64,000 bases of DNA from Amphiscolops sp. MND2022 (GCA_964187785.1 OZ076416.1:31682001-31746000), one strand, 5' to 3'. Shown: positions 23,729 through 38,250, numbered from the stretch's first letter. Numbers and translations are program-made. Notes: a model not told the origin generated them from the letters alone.

Positions 23729-24443
23729 ACGTTGTCTCTCGATTTAGTTCATGCTTCCGGCATGCCAACCATAGAGCACAGTTGTTAGAACGCATAAAGC
23801 CACACACGTAAATTTATCGACGCTAAAACTACAGACAACTTGTAACGATTGCCTCTTCCTACGAAACTCAACAGCCAATAGAATGATTGTTGAGAATGAT
23901 TGATGAACGGTTGGCCGGAGGAAAAAGGAAAAAGTACCACCAGCTGAAAAACTTAGGCCACGAGAGAAACAGTCGCAGAGCAATTTCAACAAATAATCGG
24001 TAACCTAAATGGCAGGAACAACAACAAACAGCAGCGAGGGAACGAACCATAATATCTCTTTAGAATATACAGTTGAAACAATAAACTGTTGACCCGTCTG
24101 CAGCATGGGCTTGCCACCACCCATCGCCAAAACAATGACCACAAACGAGAACCTCCGTTCACTCTCAATGGCTACAATCCGAACTTACAGGCACAAATGG
24201 AGGACGGGCACGTCGACTCCGAAATCGAACGAAAGCCCTCTGTTCTAGAAGTGCCAATGGTCTACTGGGCAAATGTCGTCGGCGCAGAAAGCGTCCAATA
24301 CATCAAGATGGGGCATGTACCCAGAAATGATGCCGATGAAAAAGATGACGACCTTCCGTATAAGAAAACGCCATTGAGTAAAAACGGCCTAGGAATCGTC
24401 GAGGATAGAATCATCACTCCAAAGGCATTTGAGCTGTTTAAGA

Positions 24444-24897
24444 CAGTGTCAGGACATTTCATCCTATTCACTTTCAACCTGTGCACTTTCTACCGTTGCC
24501 ATTTCAACCGCTCACAATTTCAACCTATTGCATTTTCAACCGTTCGCAATTTCGACCTAAACTAATTTTAGGTAATGGATCCTAATTAGTTACATAATTA
24601 TTTTGGTGGTTTTAACTTTCATACATTTCTAATTTCAAGTGTGCTAATTTTTACGCCAGTTTCGATACGTTTTGGCTTCTTCATGAATAATTACAATTAA
24701 TTAAGGCTGTTTGATTCATTAGTAATTATTACACTGAAAGAATAGCTCAACTGAATTAAGACTAAATAGCCAAAATTAGTTTACGTCGGAACGGCGGACG
24801 GTTGAAAATGCGATAGGTTGAAACTGTGAGCAGTTGAAATGGCGACGGTTGAAAGTGCATAGGTTGAAATTGCATTGGACAAAATGTCATGTAACCG
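24444..24897. mobile_element. MITE/foldback with about 118-bp TIRs built from TTTCAACC subrepeats
   Basis: 24444-24561 aligns to the reverse complement of 24779-24897; TSD not resolved. Confidence 0.75.
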
Positions 24898-25024
24898 TCA
24901 AAGACTTGTGTGATGTTTGGATTTAGTTCTTTTGGAGAGCACATAAGAAGTTTAGAAGTCTCAACAGAATATCGTCTATTTAGCTAGAATTGTTCTAGTT
25001 TCACAGTTCTCTGAGATCTCAATA

Positions 25025-28000
25025 AGGTTTCTCTTGTTTCTCTTCAAAGAAAACTATTCAGCAGATCAGAATTCAATTTCTCTTTCTAATGAGTGTATAT
25101 CATCAGCAATTATATCAATGATTACAGGGATTAAATATAATTCTAAATATTCTAAAGTGACAGTAATAAGATTCTAAAGTGACGCCAATAAGATTAAATA
25201 CTAATGATGCTATCACCAAATGTCAGCAAACTAACTTTGAAGGTGAGGAGTTCTAAAGATTTTTGTTTCAGATGTTGTATGCATGTTTTTGTTCTAGAAA
25301 CGTACCAAGCTTAAGGAGTGAGAACAATCTATCACGACTTGACTTCTTATATGAGTGACGGTCCAAATTGGTGCAAATGTGTCAGTTTGGGATGACTGAC
25401 AGTTTTGTTCAAGTTGTTATTGACAACATGTTTTCTACTATGTGCTAATTTTTCGTATCTACCATCGGCTTGTTTGAAAAGTTTGTGTGCTTCAACATGA
25501 GTTATTCAGAGTTGAAAACTTTTTGGAGTTGAAGAATTAATCTTAAAAGATTGTCAATGAGTTGTGAACAAACAATGGCGGTTGTTTGGACCAAAAGTGA
25601 AGTAGTTTTGAAAAGTCAAGGTTCTAGTTCGAGTTCATTTTCAACAAAAGTGACTAGCAAAGCGGATGCGAAGAATTTGTTCTACATTGAAGTGTTTCAA
25701 ACTTTTTGAAAAGTTGTTGTAAGGTTTTGGAATTTTTCATGTTCTGTAAAGAAGAATTTTTGTATCATAGGAAGGACTTTTGTACTGTAAAAAGAAAGTA
25801 GGACAATATTGTATTAACACATGTTGCTGGATGATTAAATGTTTTGCAAAGTTTACACAGTAACATGGGGTAAATTGATTATTAAGAGTTACAATTTTGT
25901 GGTTACAGGATTAATACGCGGCTATAATTATAGAATTATTATGAGAGTTGCACTGTTAAATGAGTTATTAGGAGATTACAAGTAAGATTACAATATGTAG
26001 CGACGAGAACACGATTAGATGATTAAAGTTATAATGGGTCTAAATTGCGATTATCATGGGGGGTATTAGAATGAAAGTTTGAAAGTAAGAGTCAGTTAAA
26101 GTTTGAAATACTGTGGAGATATTTCAAAGTTCAGTTCATTCAATGCATTGGATTTGTGGAGCGAAGGAAGAGGTGTTGACAAGTGACAGGGAGAAAACCA
26201 GTGACATGATGAAGAAGACAAGTGACGTGATGAAGAGGACCAGTGGCGTGATTAAGAAGACCAGTGGCCAGTGGGTTGGAAATAAAGACCAGTTGAATGG
26301 CTGGTGACCAAAGTGACGATGGATGATGGTGACGATGACGATGGATGATGGTGACAATCAAAGAAAAAGCACAGCTTAGCAATGAAAGAGTTTGCGTGTG
26401 TGGAGGTTTGGAAGGAAAGTGAGAAACTTCATTTCGACTAAGATCATCGAAGAAGGATGAAGAAATGTCAAGTAGTGGATTGAAGAAAGATGAAAAAGTG
26501 TTTTAGTTAGTAGAACGGATGTTGTTGTGGAGGATGTACTTGATGAGTTTGCGGGTCATAAAGTTTCAATTTTTGTGCATACCCAAAAACGAGCATCATT
26601 TTATTGAAGGCTAGACAAGCCTCGTCGATTGCAACGCGAGACTACTTATCTTTTGTTGTGAAGGAGGAATTGAGAATGGAAACCGTGTCCGATACGGTTT
26701 CGCAAAGAGCGATTGTTGGGCCGTCCAAATGGAGACAAGCAGACTGTTTGAAGTTGATCTGTTTCCTTTTAATTTTGCAGACATTGTTTAAGACCTGAAG
26801 GAAGGATCTTTTTGTAGATTCAGTGATTACATCAATATTGATCTCGAGCGGTAATTTGAAAGCCACGGAAGATCGCGGCTTTTAAGCTGTGAGCAATTGT
26901 AGTAGAGAGGAATTTGTTTCTGTCTTTAGGCTCTTGAGGAGGAGTCATTTTGATAGAAATCCTAATAAAACGACGATGTGACATTGATTGGAGGAGTTTG
27001 AGAGAAATCTTGGTAGTACGAGGTGACATTTGTTGGAGTTAACCGAGGAGGCAAAGAAGAAGGAGATGGAAGAATTGAAGTTTCGAAAACAAGAAGATTC
27101 TGAGAACAGAAATATTCTTCACGTTAATCAACATTTTGTGCTATAAAGATTTGGTGCTATAGATTGTTATTGGTAATATGTTTTGTATTGTTCTTAGGAG
27201 AACAAGAGAAAAAATTGAATGTACTGTAATAAGGGAGAGTATTGTAGGTACGAAGGTATTACAGATACCTAGTCTAACTTCAGAAATAAAGACATGTTGG
27301 AATGTAATATAAGAGACAATTTGCATGTGTCATAAATTTAAAGAGTGAAATAACGTAGCAAAATAGAAAAATGTTACCTGTTTTCATGTATGTTTCCAGT
27401 GTCCGAACTTGTTCTATAGGAGGCAAATATAAAGAAATTTGTATTACCTGTGTGGAGATTTTATTTAAGATTAGTTGAGTTAAAAAGAGTAGTCATAGAT
27501 TCAAGAGCAGAGTGTATGGCTTGTGATGATTATGTTATACGTTGTGAGTCTAAATGGAATGATTGTAAGAGTTTGTGTGTTCTGTCATAGCAGTGTATGA
27601 TGTGTGTGAGGGTGGTGATAAGAGAGTCAGATGGGTTTCGTTAGTACGGTTTTAAAAGTTGTGTGATATCTCGAATAGAACGATTTTGCATGGTAGAAGA
27701 AAGTTTTTCAGGAGTATTGCGGATGGGTGATGTATGTTCAATAGGAGAAGGTTTATGTGCAGATTTTTCTTCAGATTGTACCATATAAGAAATAAGTTTA
27801 GCAGAAATGAAAAGCAATTCGTTAAAGCAATGTGATTGTTTTGAGAGAGCAGTATAATAGGATGTATCTTTGTCTTTGAGCGAGGAGGAAACAAGATGTT
27901 TGATAACTGCCAGAGGTTTCACAATTCGTGTTGGAATGTTGCAGGGCAACATAAAATCATCAAAATGTATCAGATATTCTTGATGTACAATAAGTGGACG

Positions 28001-28502
28001 GGAGGTATCATTGTGTGGAAGTAAACAGAAATACAGTTCAATTGGATCATTGTTTCGTAAATATCCAGTTTTGCGAGAATGGTCTATTGTATATAAATTT
28101 GTCATTGTGAACGGTGAAGTGTACTTTTAATTCGCGAAAATGTAGTTCTGTGGTTTAGTATGTTGAAGAAATTTAGTGTATGTTTGATGATGAGTGTATT
28201 TTGGTGCAACAGAGAGAAAGGAAGGATCAGTTGCATCCGTTTCCAAATCGTAGATGGATTGGCGAAGAAAATTAAACTGTAGAGAAAACAGTTAGGTCTT
28301 TCTTGTTTCTCTTCGAAGAAAACTATTCAACGGATCAGAATCCAGTTTCTCTTTCTTCTGAGTATATATCATCAGCAATTCTATCAATGATTACAGGGAT
28401 TAAATATAATTCTAATTGTTCTAAAGCGACAGTAATAATATTCTAAAGTGACACCAATAAGATAAAAAACTAATGATGTTATCACCAAATGTCAGCAAAC
28501 TA
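25025..28502 (-). repeat. 209-bp direct repeats (25025-25233 and 28294-28502), each an LTR-end/PBS/leader, bracketing decayed Gypsy-like gag/pol fragments
   Basis: Offset 3269; on - both read ...TTTGCTGACA-TT-TGGTGAT(A); intervening ORF pieces are heavily broken. Confidence 0.6.
26191..26360. repeat. Short tandem repeats (21-bp gaagaagaccagtgacgtgat-like x4; gatggatgatggtgac x2)
   Basis: Direct reading. Confidence 0.7.
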
Positions 28503-28587
28503 TTAATGAACTCTTAACTTCGAATTGATGTGACATCTGTCTTATTATCTAAGTTAGAAAAGGTGTCTTTCAAAGTTATATAATTAT

Positions 28588-29750
28588 TTGAAAGTATTTG
28601 AGGTCATGCATCATGGCATCACACATTTGAGAACATCTGTTATCAGCATGCTAATCAAGGGTGATCCAGCAGTAAACATTATTGCACTCACAGGCCATCA
28701 TTTTTGGTGGCCGAAGCTGATTCGAATGATTCGAAAGAGAGATTCGACACCTGTGTCCCATGCAAGAGGTCGGGTAAAAGTGCAAACCTAGAATAACTAG
28801 AACGGAAACAAATAAAGTTTCCCCATTAAAAGGTCCAAACGAAGAATTACAACTGTAATTCATTTGACCAAGAACCTAAATTACTCGGTCTTTTCTTCTG
28901 TTATCCTTAGGCCGGTTTAACACATGGCCGACAGCATGATTTGCAAAACAACAACTCTGATGTTTTGCAAACAGTATGTTCAGCTAAACGGATTACCGAA
29001 AACCATTAGATCAGGCAAAACCTTCGCCTTCCCGGGCCACACTTTTGAGAATTTTGGAAAAAAAACATTGAGATAATTTACAGAACACCGTATATTTACA
29101 CCCTAACAGGACTGGTTGAACGTGGCGTCAGAACTCTGAAGACAATCTGTTAACAAATAAAACACCAGGCAAAAGTTTCGACAACACTGGGGAAATGTCT
29201 TTGGATGTAAAAGGGAAGACACGCCACGCGTGACTCAAAAAGATTGGCATTCGAAATATACTATAGATGAAAACCTAACACTGAAATTAGCAACCTTGTA
29301 AATTTAGATATCCTGGAGAATCTAAAGAAAAGACATATTCCAGCAAATACAGCAAATATTCAGTGGAGCTGGTGGTAGTTTTGACCACCTGTCAAAGGAA
29401 ACCGAAGAAGAACGCAGATGCGTTCGTATTTCTCCGTTAGCATTTAGCTTTTTCCGTTGGAGGAAGAACTTGAAAAATGAAAATTCGAGAGGGGATTGGT
29501 TTTTGAGTACCGGACGGCAAACGGTGAATTGCTCGCAAAAGCAACGTCCATGGTCACTTTGATCGAATCCGCCAGCCACTCTGGAATCGCCATCTCAAGA
29601 CAACCACTAACAGACACAGCTACCCCAGAAAAATCAATGAACCCAGACATGAGCACTGTGAAGAAGGGCTCATTCGCAGGAGCAAGAACAAAACTCATAC
29701 GATACAGATTGAATGCCGGGTCACTTCTCAATTGGACGGGCAATTGAAAG
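28588..29750 (+). pseudogene. pol: Decayed Gypsy integrase remnant
   Basis: HHGIT...FWWPKL zinc-binding-region remnant followed by an eroded core (TGLVERGVRTL at about 29105-29140). Confidence 0.55.
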
Positions 29751-30757
29751 CAAAAACAAGAAATACCGGTCCACTGAACATAGTGAGGGCAAATCTGACA
29801 GACATGGAGATAGATCGTATCGTATCGTATAGGACGCTGAACGCGCCCAAAAAGACTTTTTAATCATCAACGAAAACGGTAAAAATTCTGAAAACTTCTT
29901 TAAAACTATGAAATAGGCGAAGAAAATGAACTAGATACATCTGACTGAGAGTTAACAAGTATCCTGAGTTCAAGCGCTGAAACAGAAACTGAGGATAAAG
30001 TAAACTAAGAAAACAATTTACGCAGATCGAAACGACTGACCAAAACAAGCTTTTTTGTTAGGCTTAATAACCATGTACAACATAATTACAGTGAAAAATC
30101 TGATCGCGGAGGCAACACTGTAGCAACTGGATACCGATCCAGAAACGAATGAGGACTTTCCACAATGATCCAGTCAGCAGACACCCACCTACCTCGAGGG
30201 CGAAAGAAACCCGGGAAACATATTATGGCCATATGCGGACTTCTGTTAACAAGAACATGGACCAGTGGAGGAACGACCGCCCCGTAAAATATTTTGACCC
30301 TCCCTTTGGACAATTGTTAACCAGCCAATCTCGGAGGGCGGAAAAGTGGAGCATGATTGCTCATAGAATTTTACATGATCTTATTTAAACAATACATGCT
30401 AATATGTTGATGTAGTACCTGCCCGTATAATGCAGAGGAATGGTACGTCTTTAGTGTTAGTTAGAAAAGGAGACAGCTACAATACTCACTTAGAAAACAA
30501 TCTTTTCACTAGTACGTTATTCTATACAAAAGTCATTCTGGTGGTACTGTTCGTTTTTGTCTGAATCGTTTGTGTCTGAAAAAAGATCTTGTGATGAAGT
30601 TTTCTTATTTTTTTTTGCTACTGGGTAGAAATATTAATCACCATCTCAAGTCATGAGTTTTGAAGATGTTTCCAGTTGAGAAACAAAACGTTCTGTTAAC
30701 GTTATCGGTTGCAAACTACAGCTTGTTTTTCTCGTTGTCCGATCTCATCGATTGTTT

Positions 30758-31026
30758 TCATTTTTTGGATTCACCTTTTAGCTGTTCACCCATCGACTGC
30801 GCAGCTTTCGCTCCACCCACAAAAGTAGCCACTGTGCCCCCCACTCCAAGTCCAGCTGCACCGGCACTTTGCATAGCTGCGAAGGTGGACCCCGCTAATC
30901 CAGCAGACTGGGCAGTAGCGGCCAGACTTCCAGCAGCAATACCGGCAGAGGTGAACCCAAAAGCGGTGAGAGCAACAGGCGCAGTCATCACTGTCAAAGC
31001 GCCTCCTCCAATGGCCAGAGCATAAT
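30758..31026 (-). CDS. IFI6/IFI27 (ISG12/FAM14) family small hydrophobic protein, main coding exon
   Basis: ALTAFGFTSAGIAAGSLAATAQSAGLAGSTFAAMQSAGAAG matches the Ifi-6-16 motif (GFT..GIAAGS.AA...QS.GA); acceptor TGTTTTTCTCACAG at 31027 (phase 1); no stops. Candidate first exon ATGGCCTGTCCG|gtgagt at 31463-31474 is phase 0, so a middle exon is unresolved. Confidence 0.85.
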
Positions 31027-33499
31027 CTGTGAGAAAAACAGATTCTTTTTCAAAGCTTTTACATTCACCCGTACAAATTCTAGCGAAGTGTTTATGATAA
31101 AATAAACTCGGTGGAAAGTTAATTTGGTATCGATACACTTTTTGAAGATTTTATGTATCAGTGACTTCTCTCGAATTGATCCTGATGAAAATGACTCTGG
31201 CCAGTTTCTAATCATTGTCTCCACGGGTTTTGAAGAGCTTCCAACAAATTCAGGAATCGATATTGCCTCTCATACCTATACATCTGTGGTATATTTTTGC
31301 AGTAACTGCAAAAATCAAAGTCTCAATTTCAAAAATCCTCGAGTTGGGTCGTTCAAGCTGCTCCAGACATGTGTGGAAAGAATTAGAGGTGCACCGGACC
31401 GTTAATATTTGGTCCGCCCGGACAAGACGACCGAGTAGGACTGACTTAAGTCGGATACTCACCGGACAGGCCATACTTTAGTTTGTTTAAACTTTCAGTT
31501 AGAAAAAGCCCTTCTAAATCAAAGAGTGTTCGCTTTTGTAAATTTTTCGTACAGCAAGATCAAAAAAATCTTCTAGTATTTTAGCAAGGCTTCGCGCTTG
31601 TCGAGTTTTTAGCGTTCAATGTGTACGACAAATCTAAAGTAACATTTTTGCTTGAAAACACGGAAGAAAAAATTATTTCTATTCAATCATAATTTCTGAT
31701 TTTGAAATTATCGAACCTAGTTTTCAAGTGAGAAATGAGGTCAATCGATTGAAAAATTATGCAGCCAGATTTTGTCAAAAGTCCGGCCGAACACCGGATA
31801 AACCTTTAGGAACAATTCCATGAACAGAAAAAAGTTACATTTCACTTTTCTAACCTGCTATTCCCCATTCCTTGTTTCGACTTGAGTTCTCACCGTAAGT
31901 TGGCGAAGTCAGAAACAAAAGCGAAAAGATAAAAGTGTTCAAAAATTTTGAAGACATCGTGCAGTCAATTTTTTGTCGAGAACTGTCGGTTGCTGACAAA
32001 ATGTCACTCAATTATGATTCGTGGTTTGAACTAAGTTGCACTGAGCTGAACAGATTTTCTAATTCATCAGATACCAGAAACTTGATTATTAAATTCACGT
32101 GCTGAGGCGAGCAAAAGGCTGAGAAGGTACAAAGACTTTCTATATTAGAATGAAATTCAAAATTAAATCAAATCAATTAACGCAAGTAGCGTCATTGAGT
32201 TCGCAAAAGTTCTCACAAAAAAACTGAGAGAAGGATAGATTCACATTTAAATTTTGTGAAAAATTCGATTTTCTCTACTTCATGTAAAAATTGTATGATA
32301 AAAACAATAACCTATAATGAAATTAAAACGAACTTCAAGTTGATAGCAAAGATCACTTATCAACACTATACAGTATGAACAATATGTATCGTTATGTATT
32401 GTAAAGACTTATCGTTTTTGGATCCCGACAGTTGTGTATTTTGAGTTTCGGCGGTTTCATATGTGATGCCAATGTACATGACCTCAAATAATTTATAGAT
32501 CTGACATTTATTTGGAATGACATCTGGCATACAATTCAAGCAATTGACGTTCTTCTTTTGACGCTAACATTTCTTTAAATAAAAATCAAGTAATTTACTT
32601 AGTAATACTTTCATTTTTCAAGTAATCTAAATTCGTAATACCTTGAAGATTGTTTATTCTGAATAGTGACAATTTCATTATTGATGTATTCGCCATTACT
32701 GTATAATCAGAATTAACTAGATTGTTGAATCAATTGGTTTCTCTCAAATATAACATCTACAAGTGACTTAATTTAGCTGAGTGAAAGTAAACGAAGTTCG
32801 ATCGATCGTCAAAAACAGGTTTGCCCAAAACTCAAAAACTTTTTATGTATATCTCAGAACTAGTTAGAACAATAACCCAACAAGATTGAAGCAGCACAAT
32901 CAGTGTGACCTTATATACTTAATCAGTGCGACGAATATACTTTTCTCTATTCCTTTCTTTCAACAAATCTTCTCATCTGGTACACGCTTATTCAATTTCT
33001 TCTTTCAATATGTCTTCGTTCGACAAACAGTCTATCTTCTTTTCATCATCTACCGCAATTATCTTAACGTTCCGACCAACTTTCACAGAAAATTGATCCT
33101 TGCTGACATGGTTATGACTGGGTTCATCGACGTAATTCCGACTTGCGATACGTGTTGGTTCTTCAAAAGTGGTATACAGCGAATCCTGCTACCACACTTG
33201 GTTCTAGCCGCCAGAATCTTTTCAACTTGAGTTGGCACACTTACCATACGTTCTCATTATAAACACCTTTTTCTTCTTCCATACTTTAGTACTATCTGAA
33301 TAACCCTGTAGCGGACATTCAACGAAATATATTACAATCTCCATCTAATTATTCAAATTTTCATCATTATTTTACACGTGACATCTCAATGACATATCTA
33401 TGTTACGATGCCTTCTGTTTTTCGATGCTTTCTGTTGACGATGATGTGCGTTTTGTTTTATTTTGTTTTGGCTTTTTTGGATTTTCAGCAAGTGTTGCC

Positions 33500-36400
33500 G
33501 TTTCCTTTTACAAATTTCCTAACCCTTTCATTTAAAATTTTACACTAACTTTTACCATGTCCAATTGAATGACTTGTGTTTGGTAGCATTGCGATTGGAT
33601 TCGATCTTAGATTTGTAATTTAGGAGGAGCTAACAGAGCTGCAGTATTAGGTCTAGATGTAGAGACAACTGGATGATAAGACTTTTATTACTGGTGTGTT
33701 GAGATTTCAATAGATATATCAAGAAGGTTCTACAATCGTGATATTTAATGAGGTACATTTACAGTTAGAGCAGTACAAGAAAGTCTAGACAGTAGACGAG
33801 ACAAGTGAAAGAAAAAATCATATAATTGTATCAAACATGTATCTCATTCAACCGGGGTTTGCAAATTGAGAAAACTTATAGGTGAGTTCGAATTTTTGGT
33901 GGTAATTGAAACGATATGGTGCAATAAGTGATGAAAATTACAATGATTCCTAAGGTATTTGTACATCACAAAAATGTAACTATATCTTGAGTTGTGTCTA
34001 TATCTTAAGCCGATTCTTTTCTTACTTGAGGTTCGAGCAAAGTTCAGTTTCTAGCTAGAGGCAATTTAAAGGAGGTGAAGTTAAAGATAATATGCTTTAC
34101 GTTGGAGGGAAGTTTGAAAAAGTGTAAGAATCCGAACGTATTTTAATCTTAAACATTTTCATGTCAAATGTTATTTTCTTACATGAAGTTCAGTTCTATA
34201 TCTAGAGTACTCTTGTCCCGAGCTGGTACGTTTGAGGAAGGGCGATGAAGAATGATTGACAGATGAAAAGTTACAATTAGTGAACTGAAAACAGCTTGAA
34301 AAAAGTTAGAGAGGCGAGAAAAGAACAAATGGGCGGCCGTGCTGACAAAATATTGTGCGAGGACGGACGACGTTTCTAAGTTTTGAGGTCAACTTAGAAG
34401 TTTATATTGGCGTCATTTGATACAAATTAAAGCGAAGTGAATTGGAAATCCTTCATTGACAAGATGGCAGTGTGATCAAAGTTCATTTATATCAAAAACA
34501 AAGCAGGAGTGATCACAATTAGTGTACAAGTTTGATCATGATGGTTCACATTGGAGGGTGAAAAAGTTTTTGTTCGAAATTGGTCTTTAAAAGAAGAAGA
34601 GGTAGAACTTTATTCGCGTGTATATGATCAGTTAAGGTGAGTATACATTCAGTCTAACCAAGTGTGATGAAGAAAGTATGACATCAGTTCCAGAACCGAA
34701 GTTTTGAGGAGTACAGTGGAAACAAATTTTGAAGTAAAATCCTAGAAGAAAGTGTTTGAGTTAAAAATGTTCATTTAGAGCAGAAATTTGTATGAGAATG
34801 TGGGGAAGACCACATGTACAAGAAAAATAGAGATAAACTTATGACATTTGAAAATAGTGCAGATATACAAAAGACATGTACTATTGAAGATAAAGGTGTA
34901 ATTTATAAGACTACAAATATTTTACAGAAAATAAACACTTTTTTTGGCAAAACGAACAATAAAAAGCTACATCAAGTTATATCTAGGATAATAAATGTAC
35001 ATAGTCAGGAAATGAAATACTTAAGCATGTTTTTGGAGCAAAAACAGTTAATATAGTGTGCATATAATAGATTCTGAGTAGGCGTCCTTTAAGAATCAAA
35101 GTAGGAGCATTTTAGCTTGATGAACATCTTGTAATGATGTGAGCAGAGAATTTGAAGACTTGAATGAAGTAGGAGATGGGTCTGGGGGATTATAAGAATC
35201 AATGTGGGTAGTGATAGGATTTAGCTCAGTGCACGGGGGTGGCGCCGGAAGTATTGAAATTTGAGGGGGGTATTTAGGGTGCGTAAAAAATTAAGACGTT
35301 GTAGATGAGCAAAGCGAGGGTTTTTATGGCAATTATGGCGCAGAGATTAGTTGCAAATATTGAGGCGGTAAGGTTTGAATATTTAAAGGTTGATTTTGTG
35401 TCATTTTTTAAATCAGGCATTTATATTTATTGAAACAAGTCTGAGGGGTGGAAATGTGTATTGCTATATCAGCGAGATTAGATGCATTTCTATCGAATTT
35501 ATTGATTTGGTTATACATAAGCAAGTCTAAAAACTTTTCGTAGTTGAAAACAGATTCATTATAGTTTGAACGATTCTGTTTATAAATTACAGAGTGGACT
35601 TTTCTCTGGAAACAGACCAGATTCACGTGAACTGAGTTGAGGGCGTTTTGGATGTCGAGGCTTTCGAAGTTGTAACTGCTGATTCGATTCTGTCACAGCA
35701 GGGCATTGCTGAAGGAAAGAATTGGCGACGGCGACATCTGGCGGCATGAGAGGAAGCGTAGTGGGGCAGATGAAGAGACGACAGAAGAGATTGCATTTAG
35801 CGAGGGCAAAAATGGAGAAGTGTTGAAAGTAGAGGCAGAAGAAGAAACAGAAGATATGGATTCACCCTACATCTGATTAATAAGTGAGTAGGCACCTTTG
35901 GAGTCTAGAGAAGCAGTTGTGGATGGGCGAAAACGTACTGAAAAACAATAATTGTGAACAATTTGTATATATTATTCATTGTAAAAGAAAAGTGGCATGT
36001 TCATGTATGTAATGTGGTGATGTTGTGTAAGAGAAGCAGCGCAAAGAATGGAATACTCTGAAGACCAAGACGTTTTAGTGAAAAGCGCTCAGTTTCGCTG
36101 AAGTAAAACAAAAAATCGCTGAATCACACAAAAAATGTAGCATTGTGGAATCCGGTAAGTTTTCAAAGAGTTAGCGGTGATGAAGAAAGAGACAATATTG
36201 TAGTGAAAAGATTATTGAAATGTATAATTTTTGTTTTGGTGTCTGTGATTTGAGATATTATTGATGTATTTGTGATGATTCTTGTGGAAAGTTGAGTTGT
36301 TGTTGTTTTTCAAGCAATCAGTCTGAGAGAGAGAGGCAAAAGTCGAAGTGCAATTTTTCGGTTTTTGAAATTGAAAACGATATCGATGAAAACGACAATT

Positions 36401-38250
36401 GTCATTTTTATCATTTGATGAACGCACGTTTTTGTAAAAAAAAATCAATAGGATTAGAGAGAAAATTTTTTCCGAATTAGGAAATTAGAAAAAAATGTTG
36501 AAAGGTAGATGGAAACCATTTATAGTGTGTCAGTTTTGAAAGATGATAGAGGTGGTAAAACTTTCAACTTTTGAAATGCAGAAAATTGATCTGAAAGAAA
36601 TGTGATAAGAATTAAGGAAGCTGTTAAGAGAAGGGGTTATTGAGTATAGAAAAGACTAAAGTATAATGAGTGAAAAGTGAAGGAAGGAGAAGTGAAAGCA
36701 GTAGAATAAGGAGGATTTGCCAAAACGGGGAGTTCTAAAAGAATACGTTTTTTGAGAAAATCGCTGACATGGAGAGTTGACACTGTAAGTGTATTGATAT
36801 CGTTTATTTGGAGTTGTAGAAGCTTTTGAAGAGTACGATAGGTATCAAAAATATGCGAAAATGAAAGGATCAGTATTAGGAGCTATTGCAACATGAGGAC
36901 GGAGTTGAGTGAGAATTTCAGTTACAAATTGGTTGGTCTGACAGAAGATGGTGTTTATACAGACATTGGGATTCACAGTTTGAAGTACGTAGGAAGGAAA
37001 GGAAGATTGTTTGAAAGTAGGTTAAGAATGCATAGATATATCATGAGTGTTTAAAGGAGGAAGAGATACTAACTTAGGCAGGGCAATATTAAGTTCTTTA
37101 GGAATTTTGGTAGTAGCGCGAAAGTATTTATATTGTTTCTTCAAAATGAGAAAGAGAGTTTGGCTATTACGAAATAAAGTTGAGCCATCGAGTAGTGTTA
37201 ATGTACAAGAAAAGTGTAGAAGGAATTAAGTGATCCTCTACAGGAGATTCAATTATTTTATTCATTTTGGAAGAGAAGTTTGCAACACTAGAAGGAAGTT
37301 GACCAGGAAGAAGGAAGTCATCATTAAAATTAGGAGCTTCTCGAGGTACGAAGAGAGGACGAGACGGGTCGTTATAGGGAGAGAGTATATAATTGAGTTT
37401 GATGGGGTTGTAGTTGCATATGGTGCCAATAGTATAGTGAAGATTGATTCAATGATGCGCCTGGTATGAAAGAGGTCAGCTAAATTTGTGGTTTTAGAAA
37501 AAAAAAATTTGAGGATGTTTTTGTTCAAGAATTAAGTGATAAGTCTGGTGGCCGTGGAGTGTCTTGACAGAAGAAGACGTGGTCTTGGAGTGGTCTTGAG
37601 ATCACGTTGAGTAGTGTTTAAAAAAATGAATTGGAATTGGAAAACACGAATGCGTTTAGTTTGCCAGAAGGAGAGTTGTTCTAAACTTTTGGAGGCGTAT
37701 GTGGCATAATGATAACAATTTCGGTCTTGAGGGATCCGATAGTTGTTGGAGTCATGTGGAGCTATGGAAAGTTTGCTTTGAAAATACTTTGAATACCGAG
37801 AAATTCTTCAGATATAGTGTTAGTTTTAGAAGAAGTTTTGCACGGTTGCAGAACAGAAGGCAAAATACCAGACGCATTGAAATCAGGATCGTCCAAGATG
37901 TTATAGTTTTGCTCTTCAGGTATAGTATAATTATCAATAGTGACTTGCTTATCACTAGGTGGAGGAGTAGTCAGGTGAGAAGTCTTCACAGTCAAAGAAA
38001 GAGGCTGCGAATCATTGGTCGAAACATTGGGGGTATGAGTTGGAGAACATGGTTGAGTTGTTGTAATGTTATCTTTGGTTTTGGTTGGTTATGTTTGGTT
38101 AATGTTATGTTTGGTTTAATTCAGAAGAAGAGGCCGGTTCACGGACATGGGTTGGCAGTTTAGGAATTCCTGATTTAAAAGAAAGACATGGAGAAAGTGA
38201 TGCGATGCTGAAAAAAGTTCTCCCTCGTATTGAGGTGAAGTCATGATTAG
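33500..38250 (-). pseudogene. Heavily decayed Gypsy-like gag/pol remnant
   Basis: Strand-biased composition and short broken peptide pieces recalling gag and RT; no intact catalytic motif seen. Confidence 0.35.

Noticed and set aside
24089-24565. 158-aa CDS
   Set aside because: The last about 40 aa run into the MITE TIR; the remainder may be a retroelement fragment, but I could not assign it
32886-33230. 114-aa ORF and its antisense as a gene
   Set aside because: No recognisable motif on either strand; low-complexity hydrophobic reading typical of AT-rich DNA
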